From Gemmatimonadales bacterium (GTDB taxonomy: Bacteria; Gemmatimonadota; Gemmatimonadetes; Gemmatimonadales; GWC2-71-9), in the NCBI GenBank assembly GCA_041613315.1, contig JBFJHJ010000007.1, forward strand, positions 25,759 through 89,758: a stretch of DNA of 64,000 nucleotides, written 5' to 3'. Numbering within the stretch: the stretch's first letter is position 1; each line of letters begins with the position of its first letter. Position numbers and translations under genes: made by a program. Below, one piece after another: positions 1-10,538 of this stretch. The notes under the pieces were generated by a model, which did not search any database, had not been told where the DNA came from, and saw nothing but the letters and a program-made list of their open reading frames with translations.

Positions 1-128
1 CGGAGAGCCTCCAGCGCATCCGCGATGATGTCCAGGTCCAACGGGCCGTGGCGCTGCTGAGCGAGGCGCGGACGCCGCAGGAACTGCTGGCGCAGGCCAC
101 CCAGGAGGCGCGGCGCAGCAATCCGTGA
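1..128 (+). CDS. 3' end of a gene entering the window, possibly an S41 (CtpA-like) peptidase
   Basis: Frame from nt 3 reads ESLQRIRDDVQVQRAVALLSEARTPQELLAQ...NP*; DxQ(V/L)xxAxxLL resembles S41 C-termini; its TGA overlaps the next GTG. Confidence 0.45.
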   Translation, partial: ESLQRIRDDVQVQRAVALLSEARTPQELLAQATQEARRSNP

Positions 129-964
129 GCGCGGTCGGGATCGTCGGGCCCGGGCGCGCCGGGCTCGGGATCGGTCTCGCGCTGGCGCAGGCCGGCCATG
201 AGGTGCGGTTGCACGGGCGGCGGGGGAAGCCGGTTCCCCCGCCGCTCGAGCTTTCGTGGGGTGGGCCGCCCCCGTGGCTCCGTGACGTTGGCATCGTGCT
301 GCTCGCGGTGCCCGATCCCGCGATCGGTCTGGCCGCGGAGGCGCTCGCGGCCTCGGACGGTGTGACCCCGCGTCACGTCGTGCTCCATCTGTCGGGACTG
401 GTGGACCACACCGCGCTCGGCGCCTTGCGCCCCAGCGGGGCGGCGTTGGGATCGCTCCATCCGCTTCAGGCCATCTCGGAGCCCGAGGCCGCGCCGCAGC
501 GCCTCGTGGGTGCCCTGGCCGCGATCGAGGGCGACGAGCGCGCCGTTGCGGCCGCGACCGCGCTCGCCTCCGCCATCGGCCTCCATCCGGTCGTGATCGA
601 CCCCGGCGCGAAGCCCGGCTACCACGCGGGCGCCGTCGTGGCGTCGAACTATCTGGTGGTGTTGGCGGCGCTCGCGGAGCGGCTGTTCACCCGTGCCGGG
701 CTCCCGACGGCCGCCGCTCGCCAGGGGCTCGCGGCCCTCATGCGGGGCACGGTGGACAACGTCGCGCGCGAGGGTCCGCTCGGCTCCCTCACCGGGCCGA
801 TCGTGCGCGGGGATGCCGATGCGATCCGCCAACACCTCGCCACGCTCGATCCCGGCGTCGCGCGCATCTACCGCGCGCTCGGCCGGGCGGCGTTGGAACT
901 CGCCAAACTGGACGACGCTGTACGGAGAAGGGTCGAGCGGGCGCTCGAGGGGGGAGTGGAGTAG
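125..964 (+). CDS. Rossmann-like + DUF2520 oxidoreductase (PanG-like ketopantoate reductase)
   Basis: GPGRAG dinucleotide-binding motif, HLSG, SLHPLQ, YHAGAVVASNY, LTGPIVRGD. Confidence 0.85.
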   Translation: MSAVGIVGPGRAGLGIGLALAQAGHEVRLHGRRGKPVPPPLELSWGGPPPWLRDVGIVLLAVPDPAIGLAAEALAASDGVTPRHVVLHLSGLVDHTALGALRPSGAALGSLHPLQAISEPEAAPQRLVGALAAIEGDERAVAAATALASAIGLHPVVIDPGAKPGYHAGAVVASNYLVVLAALAERLFTRAGLPTAAARQGLAALMRGTVDNVAREGPLGSLTGPIVRGDADAIRQHLATLDPGVARIYRALGRAALELAKLDDAVRRRVERALEGGVE

Positions 965-965
965 T

Positions 966-1691
966 CTACGGGGTCACTACCCGCGTCCCCTTCGGCACCT
1001 CGAACGTGACCTCCCGAGCCGGCACCCGCACGCCGGTGCGGATGTCGTGGAGCACGATCCGGCGGCGTTGGCCCGAGGGCTCGACCAGCGCGATGCGTCG
1101 GAGGAGGCCGTCATCCCTGTCCACGCCGATCTCCGCGTTCCGGAACCCGAGCCCCGTCTCCCGTGGGATGAGCCGTACCACGTCCACCACGTGCCCCCGC
1201 ACGGTGTCCACGCCCACCAGCGTGGCCTCGTAGCGCTCGAGGGGCCGGTCCACGAACTGGGCGATCAGATTCGGGGTCTGCGCGCCCGTCTGGGGAACCG
1301 GCTGCCGGATCACCTGGTTGGGGACGCTGCTCGGCGCGTAGAGCCACAGCCACGTGCCGTCCGCCACGATGCGCTCCCCCTCGGGGTCGGTGAACCGCAT
1401 GGCGAATCGGCCGGGTGGCAGCAGAAAGAGCTTGCCGTGCGTCGTCTCGGGCGCGCCCAACATCGGGTTCATGATCGTTTGCGTGAACTCCGCCGTCAGG
1501 GAGGACCCATCACCGTGCGCGCGCTCGGCGCGGCGGAGCACTGCCGCGGCGTCCTGGGCCGCGAGCGGTGCAGCGAACAGCAGAGAGGCGGCCACCGGCG
1601 GCCAGAGGCGACGACGGGCGCTTGGCGCCGCGCGGAGGCCGCGGCCGCCCCCGACCGCCAGAGACCGCGTGCAACCCCCCGCGCCGCTCAC
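966..1691 (-). CDS. lolA: Outer-membrane lipoprotein carrier LolA
   Basis: Signal peptide, [31 protein letters not shown]-terminal [10 protein letters not shown]. Confidence 0.85.
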   Translation of the reverse strand: MSGAGGCTRSLAVGGGRGLRAAPSARRRLWPPVAASLLFAAPLAAQDAAAVLRRAERAHGDGSSLTAEFTQTIMNPMLGAPETTHGKLFLLPPGRFAMRFTDPEGERIVADGTWLWLYAPSSVPNQVIRQPVPQTGAQTPNLIAQFVDRPLERYEATLVGVDTVRGHVVDVVRLIPRETGLGFRNAEIGVDRDDGLLRRIALVEPSGQRRRIVLHDIRTGVRVPAREVTFEVPKGTRVVTP

Positions 1692-2737
1692 GTCCTCACC
1701 GCCTGCGGCAACGGCGGCGCCACCCGCGTTCCGATTGCCTCCGCGATCACCCGGACTTGCGCCATGAGGTCGGCGAACTGCTCCGGATAGAGGCTCTGGT
1801 CGCCGTCGGAGAGCGCCCGGTCGGGATGGGGATGCACCTCCACCATGATACCGTCGGCGCCCGCCGCCACCGCCGCGCGGGCCATCGGGATCACCTTGTC
1901 ACGCCGGCCGGTGCCGTGACTGGGGTCGGCGATGATGGGGAGATGCGAGAGGCTGTGGACCACCGGGATACTCGCGAGATCGAACACGTTGCGCGTGGTC
2001 GAAGGGTCGAACCCCCGGATCCCTCGCTCGCACAGCATCACGTTGTGGTTCCCTTCGGCAAGGAGATACTCGGCCGACAGCAACAGCTCGGTGATCGTCG
2101 CCGCCATCCCCCGCTTGACCATCACGGGCTTTCCCGCGCGGCCGGCGCGCTTCAACAGCGAGAAATTCTGCATGTTCCGGGCGCCGATCTGGATGATGTC
2201 GGCGTACTCGGCGACGAGATCCACCGCGTCGGGGTCCATCGCCTCCGTCACGACCAGCAGCCCCGTCTCCTCGCGCGCTTTGGCCAGGAGCTTGAGGCCC
2301 TTGAGCCCCAGACCCTGAAACGAATACGGCGAGGTGCGGGGCTTGAACGCCCCGCCGCGTAGGATCGCGGCACCGGCGGTGCGCACCGCATGGGCGGCTT
2401 CGAGAATCTGTGTCTCGGACTCCACCGAGCAGGGGCCCGCCATCACGACCATCTCGCCGCCGCCCACCGTGAGGCCGCCGGGTAGCGGGATGACGGTCGC
2501 TTCCTGCTTCCACTCGCGGGAGACCTGCTTGTACGGCTGGGTGACGCGAAGGATCTCCTTCACCCCGGGCAGCGCGGCGAGCCGCGACGCGTCCACGTGG
2601 CCGTCGTTCCCCACGAGGCCGACCGCCGTCCGCTGCCTGCCGGGCATTGGGCATGCCTCGTAGCCAAGCTCTTCGATCGTCTCGACGACGCGCCGGATCT
2701 CCTCGCTCGACGCGCCGTGCTGCATCACAATCAGCAT
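1688..2737 (-). CDS. aroF: DAHP synthase, type I-beta, with N-terminal regulatory domain
   Basis: [47 protein letters not shown]. Confidence 0.95.
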   Translation of the reverse strand: MLIVMQHGASSEEIRRVVETIEELGYEACPMPGRQRTAVGLVGNDGHVDASRLAALPGVKEILRVTQPYKQVSREWKQEATVIPLPGGLTVGGGEMVVMAGPCSVESETQILEAAHAVRTAGAAILRGGAFKPRTSPYSFQGLGLKGLKLLAKAREETGLLVVTEAMDPDAVDLVAEYADIIQIGARNMQNFSLLKRAGRAGKPVMVKRGMAATITELLLSAEYLLAEGNHNVMLCERGIRGFDPSTTRNVFDLASIPVVHSLSHLPIIADPSHGTGRRDKVIPMARAAVAAGADGIMVEVHPHPDRALSDGDQSLYPEQFADLMAQVRVIAEAIGTRVAPPLPQAVRT

Positions 2738-2744
2738 GACGACT

Positions 2745-3509
2745 TCAGGTCTCCAGGGTGAATCGGTCGCCGTCGTTGGCCAGCACGACCGGCCCTTCGA
2801 ACGCCGCTGCCGCGAGGGCGGCCGGATCGGCGTCGCCGAATACCGGGTAGACGTGCGTCAGCACGAGTCGGCCGGCACCGGCCGCGCGCGCCAGCTGGGC
2901 GGCCCGACCGGGCGTTAAATGTACGTCGATGGCCCGATCCTCAGGTAGCGAACACTCCGCCAGCAGGAGATCGCATCCGGCGGCCCACCGGCCGAGCGCG
3001 TCGTCCGGTCCGGTGTCCCCCGTATACACCAGACGGGCGCCGTCGGCACGGACCGCGTAGGCCAGGCTCTCCGGCGTGTGCCGCGTCTTGCAGGTCTCGA
3101 GCTGGACCCCCCTTCCCAGGCGGTGCTCCTCCGCGGGTCCCAACTCCACGACGCTCAGGGGATAGTCGGGAGCGAGCAACCAATCGCCATATGCTCCCGC
3201 CAGCAGCGCGAGGCGGGTGCCGAAACCGGCGGGGCCGAGTACCGTGAGCGGTGCCGACCGCTGGGGGAGCGTGCCCCACCTGAGCGCGAAGAGGAGCATG
3301 GGCAACTCACCCCAGTGATCCGGATGAAAGTGGGAGATCGCCACGTGTGTCACGTCAGCCCAGGGAAGACCGAGGCCGGCCGCCCGGTGCAGCATGCCCG
3401 CGCCACAATCGAGGAGGAGCCGCACGTCGCCCGCGCTCACCCAGTGCGCGGGCGCAGTCCGCGTCGCGGCTGGCGCCACGGTGCCGCTCCCGATCACGGT
3501 GAGCTCCAC
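2745..3509 (-). CDS. MBL-fold metallo-hydrolase (RNase Z-like)
   Basis: LDCG, SHFHPDH, YTGDT, LTH; start moved to GTG 3509, just after the stop of the S8 gene. Confidence 0.85.
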   Translation of the reverse strand: MELTVIGSGTVAPAATRTAPAHWVSAGDVRLLLDCGAGMLHRAAGLGLPWADVTHVAISHFHPDHWGELPMLLFALRWGTLPQRSAPLTVLGPAGFGTRLALLAGAYGDWLLAPDYPLSVVELGPAEEHRLGRGVQLETCKTRHTPESLAYAVRADGARLVYTGDTGPDDALGRWAAGCDLLLAECSLPEDRAIDVHLTPGRAAQLARAAGAGRLVLTHVYPVFGDADPAALAAAAFEGPVVLANDGDRFTLET

Positions 3510-3511
3510 CC

Positions 3512-5782
3512 TCAGAACTCGGGGCCGAAGAACACGATGCGTTTGAACCGCGTGCCGTCCGGCGTCACGAGGCGCACGGGGTAGATCCCTCGCGGCAGCG
3601 CCCGGCCGTCGTCGGTGGTGCCGTCCCACTCGAGGCGCGGGTCGCAGCGACCGACCTCGCCCGGTGCGGGCCGGCCGTACCGTCCGGCAGGAAGCTCGGG
3701 CAGAAACGCGTTGCCCGGCACCAGGTTTCGCACCGGGTGCCCCCGCATATCGAGGATGTCGAGCCGGACACGCCCCGGTGTGGCGAGGTCGAACCAGATA
3801 CAGGTGGTGTTCGTCCCGGTCGCGGGGTTGGGGAACGGGTTCGGGAAGTTCTGAAACAGCAGCGTCACCGCGGGCACCGAGTCGTCGATGATGAGGAAGG
3901 TCCCCCGGCTCTCGGTGACGGCGCTGTCCGGTCCCAGGCGTGCCGTCACGCGCCAGCGGTAGGGCGTGTTGCGCTCGAGGTCCTCGACCGGCGTGAACGT
4001 GGTGGCGGTGAGCCCCGTTGTGTCTATCTCGACGGCCCCGTTCGTCGCTCGGATCACGGCCACGTCGTACGTGAACGGGCCCGGTGGCTGGAGCACGCCC
4101 GGGGACGTCCAGCGGAACGTGGGCCGGACCTCGCGCGTCGCCGTGCCTTGCGGCTCGTCGAACGTGGTGAGCACCGCCCAGCGTGGCGCCGCGAACGGCC
4201 CGAGCAACGGTGTCGCGAACCGCACCGTGTCCGCGGATGTGCCGGTCAGCGTGACGAAGAAGCGGGCCCCCGGCGGCTCCGCCGTCGTGCGCGTCACCTC
4301 CGTGCCGGTCAGGACGCTGTCGATCACCACCAGCGACTGCGCGGCGTCCCGGGACACCCGGAGCCGGTAGCTGACGGGCAGCGCGAACGGCGGCACGTCG
4401 GACGCGCTCCAGGCAAACCGCGGCGTGGCGTCGGCGAGCACCGAGTCACCGGGCGCGGGGCTCGACAAGACAATCCCCCGCGGGAACACCGCCGCGGCGG
4501 CGCCGTCGGGGCGTCCCCAGCCCCGGCTGGAATCGGGCCGCTCGCGGTTGGAGCCGGTCCGCCGCATCGTGTCGAGGATCTCCGCCGGGCTCAGCATCGG
4601 ATGGAGCTGGCGGATCAGCGCGGCGGTGCCGGCGATGAGCGGCGTGCTGAACGAGGTCCCACTCGCCCGCGAGAAGCCGGTGGCGGGATCCACCACGAAC
4701 ACGTCGGCACCCGGCGCGACCAGGTCGGGTTTGAGGCGGCCGTCGGCGGTGGGGCCGCGGGAGCTGAACGGCTGGAGCACGCCCAGCGAATCCTCCGCAC
4801 CTACGGCGATCACCGAGTCGCCGTCGGCCGGCGTGACCAGCGATCGGAACCCGGACGTCCCTTGGTTGCCGACGGCGTTCACGACGACGATGCCCCGCTC
4901 GGCCGCGAGATCGGCGGCCACCGTGGTCACCGCGACGTCGCCGTTCAGAGCGGAGGCCGGGTAGGCGAAGCCGTTGTCGAACGAGAGGTAGGCGAGGCTC
5001 GACGAGACGATCTGCGCGCCGAGGGCCGCGGCCCACTCCACGGCCGCCACCCAGTTGTCCTCTTCCACTCGCGTCTCCGACCGGATGTCTTCGGTCTTGG
5101 CGAGCAGGTAGTCCGCGTCGGGCGCGATGCCGATGATCTGCCCGGGTAGATCGGCGGCGAGCAGGGACCACGTCCCGGTCCCGTGGCGTGAGGCGCCCGG
5201 CTGGTCGGCGGGCTCGTCCTGGACGACGCCGTCGTCGAACACGAAATCGCGCTGGGCGAGCACGCGCGTCGTGGCGAACGCCGGGTGCGCGGTCTCGAAG
5301 CCGGTGTCGAGCACGGCGATCACGACGCCCGCGCCCCGCAGGCCCTGTCGGACCAGGGGGAAGAGATTGAGACGCCGGAACGGCATCGCCGAGGGGCCGT
5401 AGAGGGAGTCCTCCGGTGCGGCGGCGCGCGGGCCGGGTCCGCGGACGGGCGTCGCACCGGGCTCGCCACGGCCGAGAAACCGGGCCACCGGCTGGAGGTG
5501 TCGGAACTCGAGTCGGCGGCGGGCGGCGGCGACCCCCGCGGCGCTGACGTCGGCCGACACGGCATGCAGCCAGACGCTGCGCCGCCGCTCCCGGCCGCCC
5601 ACGGCGGCCACCGCGGCCGCGACGTCGTCGAGCGTGTACCGCGGTCGCCCGAAGAACCAGACCGCGGCCGAGTCCCGCTGTGCGAGGAGCGGGCCGAGCG
5701 CGGGGGAGACCGAGGGCTGCTGCGCCGCGACGCCGACCGGGCCGGCGCACAACGCGGCGGCGCACGCCAGCGCGCGTCTCAC
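3512..5782 (-). CDS. Secreted S8 (subtilisin) serine peptidase with C-terminal FlgD-Ig-like domain
   Basis: Signal peptide; catalytic triad motifs VLDTG, HGT, GTSFS; C-terminal LFQNFPNPF...WDG...GIY. Confidence 0.9.
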   Translation of the reverse strand: MRRALACAAALCAGPVGVAAQQPSVSPALGPLLAQRDSAAVWFFGRPRYTLDDVAAAVAAVGGRERRRSVWLHAVSADVSAAGVAAARRRLEFRHLQPVARFLGRGEPGATPVRGPGPRAAAPEDSLYGPSAMPFRRLNLFPLVRQGLRGAGVVIAVLDTGFETAHPAFATTRVLAQRDFVFDDGVVQDEPADQPGASRHGTGTWSLLAADLPGQIIGIAPDADYLLAKTEDIRSETRVEEDNWVAAVEWAAALGAQIVSSSLAYLSFDNGFAYPASALNGDVAVTTVAADLAAERGIVVVNAVGNQGTSGFRSLVTPADGDSVIAVGAEDSLGVLQPFSSRGPTADGRLKPDLVAPGADVFVVDPATGFSRASGTSFSTPLIAGTAALIRQLHPMLSPAEILDTMRRTGSNRERPDSSRGWGRPDGAAAAVFPRGIVLSSPAPGDSVLADATPRFAWSASDVPPFALPVSYRLRVSRDAAQSLVVIDSVLTGTEVTRTTAEPPGARFFVTLTGTSADTVRFATPLLGPFAAPRWAVLTTFDEPQGTATREVRPTFRWTSPGVLQPPGPFTYDVAVIRATNGAVEIDTTGLTATTFTPVEDLERNTPYRWRVTARLGPDSAVTESRGTFLIIDDSVPAVTLLFQNFPNPFPNPATGTNTTCIWFDLATPGRVRLDILDMRGHPVRNLVPGNAFLPELPAGRYGRPAPGEVGRCDPRLEWDGTTDDGRALPRGIYPVRLVTPDGTRFKRIVFFGPEF

Positions 5783-8700
5783 ACCGCGGCGGGTTCGACC
5801 TCGCCCAGCCGAACGCCCACGATCGTCGACACCCCCGGCTCCTGCATCGTCACGCCGTAGACCGCGTCCGCGACCTGCATCGTGCGGGGGTTATGGGTGA
5901 TGACGATGAACTGCGTGCTCGATTTGAACTCATTCAGGAGCCGGACGAACCGCATCACGTTTGCGTCGTCGAGCGGCGCATCCACCTCGTCGAGCAGGCA
6001 GAACGGGGCGGGCTTGGCGAGATAGATGGAAAAGAGCAGCGAGATGGCCACGAGCGCGCGCTCGCCGGACGACAGCAGGTGAATGCGCTGGGCCCGCTTG
6101 CCGCGCGGCGCCGCGATGATCTCGATGTCGCTCGCGCGCGGATCGCTCTCCTCGGCCAGCCGGACATCGCAATCGCCACCCTCGAACAGCGTGTGAAACA
6201 CGGACCGGAAATGCTCGCGCACCGCGGCGAACGTCTCGACGAACAGGGCGCGCGCGGTCTGGTTGATTTCTCGAAGCGCCTGCTGCAGCGAGCTGCGCGC
6301 CTCTGCCAGGTCGTCGCGCTGGGTCGTGAGGAAGTCGAGCCGCTTGACCTCCTCGGCGTGCTCCTCGACGGCCAGCGGGTTCACGGGTCCTAGCGCCTCG
6401 AGCGCCTGCGCCAGCCGGGCCGCCTCCGCCCGAAGCGCTTCGGTCGTGCCGTCCAGCGGCGGCGCGTCCCGAAGCAACTCGTCCACCGGGCGGTGCCACT
6501 CTCCCTCCACCCGTTCGATCAGCGCCCGGCGCCGACCCTCCGCCTCCGTGGCCTCGAGCTCGACCGCGTGCAACTCGTCGCTCAGGCGCTCCACCTCGTC
6601 TCGGGCCTCGTGCACCGTCTGCTCCCCCGCCGTGAGCGCCTCTTCCGCCGCGGCGACCGCCCGCTCCGCCTCCTGCGCCGCGTGCTCGAGCTCCTGGGCG
6701 GTCACCCGCCGCTCTCCCATGGTGTCGGTCCACGTGGCGCGCTGCCCGGTGAGGCTCTGCAACAGCTGATCGATATCAGTGGATTCCCGGTCGAGGGAGG
6801 CCATGTCCGTGCGCGCCTCCTCCAACATCCGGCGCGCGCGCTCCTCACGCTCCCGCGCGGCGTCTTCCCGTGCGGAGACCTGTGCCTCCTCGACCTGCCA
6901 GTGCACTCGGCGCTCGCGCGCCGCCTCCTGTGCCGCCTCCAGATCCGCGAGCGCCGCGCGCTCGGCGGTGAGCTGTTCCTCGAGCCGCGTGCGTTCCGCC
7001 TCGCCACCGGTGGACTCGACGGTGACCTGCCGCAGGCGCGTGCGACGCTCGCTGACGCGTTCCTGGAGCCGCGCGCGCGCCTGGTCCGCTTCCCCTCGCT
7101 CTCGCGTCGCGCGATGCACCAGCCGCGCGGCCTCGTCGGCCGCGGCCTGGGATTCCCGCCATCCCGCCCGCGCCGCCGCGCGCCGCTCCGTGGCTGTCTC
7201 GAGCGCCGCTTCGGCCTCGGCCAGGATCGCCGCGGCCGCCGCCTCTTCCTCGGCGAGCCGGGCAAGCTGGCTCTCGGTGCCGGTGATCCGGCCGCCCAAC
7301 TCGTCGAGCTCCGCCCGCCGGCGCAGCGGACCGGTCTCCCCGTCACCGGCCAGATAGACCGCACCGTTCGCGCGGCGCACGGCGGCTCCCTGGTCGTCCA
7401 GCGCACGGTTCGCGCCGAAGAGGGCCGCGACCCACGGCCGGGCCGGGCCCGTCACGACGATGCCGGGGGGGACCGCGGTATCGGTAGGCGCCTCCGCCGG
7501 TCCCGGGGCGACGGGAAGCAGCACCAGCGGTCCAGGCCGCGTCTCAGCATGCCATCGCCGGACTACCGCCACCGCCGCGTCGTCCCGCACCAGTACCGCG
7601 TGGAGCCAATCGGCGAGCCGCCGTTCGGCGAGGTGCGCCTCCGCCGAGGTCGTCGCCAAGAAGTCGCTGAGTGGGCCGGTGATCGTGTCCGGTGGGAACC
7701 GCTCGCGGGCGGCGAGCAAGGCGCGCGCGGCTGGCGCCAGCCCCTCCCGACGCCGCTCCAACTCGTGCAGCGCCTCGCGGCGGACGCGGTCCTGCGCGAG
7801 CGACTCCTCGAGCCCCCGGCGCTCCGCGCGCAACGTCGTTTCGCGTTCGCGCGCAGACGCCAGCAGATCCCGGGCGCGGTCCAGGCCACGCGCCGCCTCC
7901 TGCTCCTCCCGCTCACGTTCGGCGAGCGCCGCCTGCGCCGTCCGAAGGCGATCGTCGGCGGCCTCCTGCTCCCGCGCCGTCTCGTCACACCGGGCGCTGA
8001 GCTCGCGCTCCTGGCCGGTCAGCTCTTCCAGCTCCCGTTCGAGGGCCGCCCGTTCGCCGGCGAGGGCGCGTTGCGTCTCGGCGTGCTGTTGCAGCGTTCC
8101 CTCGAGCCCTCGCACGCGCTCGCGCTTGGCCGCGAGCTGCTGGCGCGCCTCGTCCTCACTCGCGGTACGCAGGTCCAACTCGCCCTGCACCGAGGCGCGG
8201 GCGCGCTCTGCCGCCTCGCGTTCGGCCCGCGCCGCCTCCAACTCCCGCTGGGCCCGGGCGGCGCGCTCGTCGGCCTGCGTATGCTCGTCCTGGGCCCGGC
8301 CGCGGCGACGGGTGGCCTGCTCCAACCGTTCCGCCGCGAGGTTGAGGTCGCCTTCCAGTCGCTCCAGTTCGATGCGCGTATCGGACAGGCGGCGATCCAC
8401 CTCGGTGCGCCGCGCCACGGCCGTGGCCCGTCCTTGCGCGTGAGTCTCACGCGCTCGTTCGAGATCGGCGAGCCGCTCGCGCTTGGCCGGGATCGTCGCA
8501 CGCAGCGCGTCCCGCCGCGCGCGCAAGCCGGCGTGCCGCTCCTCGAACGCGTCGAGCTCACGCCGCGTCAATGTCATCACGACGGCGAAGCGCTCCGCCG
8601 TGAACGTGCCGTGCCGCTCCGCTTTCCCGCGCTGCCGCGCCAGGCTGCGGACCTGCGTCTGCACCTCGGCAATCAGGTCGTCGACGCGCTGCAGGTCCTC

Positions 8701-9255
8701 CGCGGTCTTCTCCAGGCGCCGCTCGGTGCTCGCCTTGCGGTCGCGGTAGATCCCGATCCCCGCCGCCTCCTCGAAGAGCGCGCGCCGTTCGTCGGCGCGG
8801 TCGGAGAGCAGGCGGTCGATCATCGCCGCTTCGATCACGACCCCAGCGTCACTGCCGAGGCCCGTGCCGCGCAACAGATCCAGGAGGTCCCGCAGGCGGA
8901 CCGGCGACTGATTGAGGAGGTATTCGCTCTGGCCACTGCGGGACAGGCGCCGCGTGACGGCGAGTTCCCGATACGGCGCGCTCAGCGTGCCATCGCTGTT
9001 GTCGAAGACCAGCGTCACCTCCGCGATGCTGATAGGGCGACGCTTCACCGATCCTTGGAAGATCACCTCGTCCATGCGCGCACTGCGGAGGATCCGCGCC
9101 CGCTGTTCGCCGAGCACCCAGCGGACCGCATCCGATACGTTGGACTTGCCGCACCCGTTGGGACCCACGATCGCGGTGATCCCGTCGTCGAACGGCAACT
9201 CGGCATGATCGGCGAACGACTTGAATCCCGACAGGTCGAGCCGGGTGAGTTTCAT
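5779..9255 (-). CDS. smc: Chromosome segregation protein SMC
   Basis: MKLTRL..GFKSF, Walker A GPNGCGKSN, long coiled coils, GPVN, LSSGE, Walker B/D-loop LDEVDAPLD, ITHN; ATG 9255 overlaps the upstream stop. Confidence 0.95.
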   Translation of the reverse strand: MKLTRLDLSGFKSFADHAELPFDDGITAIVGPNGCGKSNVSDAVRWVLGEQRARILRSARMDEVIFQGSVKRRPISIAEVTLVFDNSDGTLSAPYRELAVTRRLSRSGQSEYLLNQSPVRLRDLLDLLRGTGLGSDAGVVIEAAMIDRLLSDRADERRALFEEAAGIGIYRDRKASTERRLEKTAEDLQRVDDLIAEVQTQVRSLARQRGKAERHGTFTAERFAVVMTLTRRELDAFEERHAGLRARRDALRATIPAKRERLADLERARETHAQGRATAVARRTEVDRRLSDTRIELERLEGDLNLAAERLEQATRRRGRAQDEHTQADERAARAQRELEAARAEREAAERARASVQGELDLRTASEDEARQQLAAKRERVRGLEGTLQQHAETQRALAGERAALERELEELTGQERELSARCDETAREQEAADDRLRTAQAALAEREREEQEAARGLDRARDLLASARERETTLRAERRGLEESLAQDRVRREALHELERRREGLAPAARALLAARERFPPDTITGPLSDFLATTSAEAHLAERRLADWLHAVLVRDDAAVAVVRRWHAETRPGPLVLLPVAPGPAEAPTDTAVPPGIVVTGPARPWVAALFGANRALDDQGAAVRRANGAVYLAGDGETGPLRRRAELDELGGRITGTESQLARLAEEEAAAAAILAEAEAALETATERRAAARAGWRESQAAADEAARLVHRATRERGEADQARARLQERVSERRTRLRQVTVESTGGEAERTRLEEQLTAERAALADLEAAQEAARERRVHWQVEEAQVSAREDAAREREERARRMLEEARTDMASLDRESTDIDQLLQSLTGQRATWTDTMGERRVTAQELEHAAQEAERAVAAAEEALTAGEQTVHEARDEVERLSDELHAVELEATEAEGRRRALIERVEGEWHRPVDELLRDAPPLDGTTEALRAEAARLAQALEALGPVNPLAVEEHAEEVKRLDFLTTQRDDLAEARSSLQQALREINQTARALFVETFAAVREHFRSVFHTLFEGGDCDVRLAEESDPRASDIEIIAAPRGKRAQRIHLLSSGERALVAISLLFSIYLAKPAPFCLLDEVDAPLDDANVMRFVRLLNEFKSSTQFIVITHNPRTMQVADAVYGVTMQEPGVSTIVGVRLGEVEPAAV

Positions 9256-10538
9256 CGCGTGATTCCTGCGCGCGCAACGAGGGTTGGTGTGAGTCCAGCC
9301 GCGCCGAGAATGGAGTCCGCCAAGCGCGCCTGCTCGGGAGCTTCGAACGCGCCGACGAGGAGACGAGCCCTCCCGTCCGCACCCCCCGCAATGTATGCCG
9401 CCACCCCTCGGGCGCGAAGCCCCGCCAACGCATCGCGCGCGGTCACGCGGTCGGGATACGTCCCCACCCGCAGCGCGTGTGGCGTCCGGAGGATCGTCCC
9501 GTTTGGGTGCTCCACGAGGCCTCGCTCCCACAGCGCCGTCAGCGCCGAATCGGCGCCCGCCGATGTCGACGCGGCGCCGATCAGCAAGCGATACCACGTC
9601 TCCAGCTGCCCGAGGCGTACAGGCGTTACCGTAGCCAGCCACCCCGCCGCCTCATACTCGGTGGCCTGCGCGAGCGCGGCCTCGGGACTCTTGAACGCCG
9701 CGACCTGGACCGCGTAGAACAGCGAGTCCCCGGCAACACGGGGGGCCGCCACGGGCGTGGCCTCGGCGGCCGGCGTGTCGGGGGCGGGGGTCATCGAGCG
9801 CACCAGAACGACGAGGCCGATCGCGAGCCCGATCCCGATCGCGCCACCCATCCCCGCCCACCGTCTACGGCGTCGCCGGCGGGGTGGGCTGGCAGGGCGC
9901 GTGGGGGTGACGGGCGGCCGCACGTGCGGGTGGGGAAACGGCGGCACGGGCATGGGTTGGACGGTGGCCTCGGCGTCCATCACCACGATCACTTCGGGAC
10001 CGTCGTCGAGGCCGGCCGCCAGGGCGAGCGCCATCGTGCGGTCCGCTTCGTAATCGTCGGTGGTCAGAATCACCAGGCGATCGGGTCTCGCGCTCATGTG
10101 GGCGAGGCCGTCCGCTGGGACGTACAGCAGGAGCAGGGCGCCCTCGCTCTCGAACCCGCGGGCGAGCCGGGGCCAGCGTGTGTGTCCCCAGATCCGGGTC
10201 GGGTCGCCGGGCCCGACGCCGGCCGGAACGAAGAACAGACCGGGCGGGTCCAACGCCAGCGTCACGGCCTGCAACGACTCACCCGACTGAAACACGTCGA
10301 CGATGCCCGGCCCCGCGTGCGGTGTCCGCGGGGCATGCAGCGCCGGCTCGTCGAAATGCAGATCGACCAGTGCGATCCGCCGCCCGGTGCCGGCCACCGC
10401 CCCGGCGATGGACCAGACGGTCTGCGCGGCGCGCCCGACGGGGAGGCCCGCGTTGACGATCACCACGAGATGCGAGAGGAGGAAGGCGTTGGGGAGGGCA
10501 GCGACCGCGTCCGGTCGCGGGAGCTCCCGAGGGGTCAT
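9252..10538 (-). CDS. Bitopic SPOR-domain protein with degenerate MinD/CpsD-like N-terminal domain
   Basis: RIALVDL..PAL, GIVDV, LFFVPAG without a P-loop; Arg cluster then TM; YAVQVAAF..WYRLLIG and a second SPOR-like repeat. Confidence 0.7.
   Translation of the reverse strand: MTPRELPRPDAVAALPNAFLLSHLVVIVNAGLPVGRAAQTVWSIAGAVAGTGRRIALVDLHFDEPALHAPRTPHAGPGIVDVFQSGESLQAVTLALDPPGLFFVPAGVGPGDPTRIWGHTRWPRLARGFESEGALLLLYVPADGLAHMSARPDRLVILTTDDYEADRTMALALAAGLDDGPEVIVVMDAEATVQPMPVPPFPHPHVRPPVTPTRPASPPRRRRRRRWAGMGGAIGIGLAIGLVVLVRSMTPAPDTPAAEATPVAAPRVAGDSLFYAVQVAAFKSPEAALAQATEYEAAGWLATVTPVRLGQLETWYRLLIGAASTSAGADSALTALWERGLVEHPNGTILRTPHALRVGTYPDRVTARDALAGLRARGVAAYIAGGADGRARLLVGAFEAPEQARLADSILGAAGLTPTLVARAGITR

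Noticed and set aside
6493..9717. 1074-aa plus-strand ORF
   Set aside because: Antisense shadow of smc; expected in high-GC DNA and has no motifs
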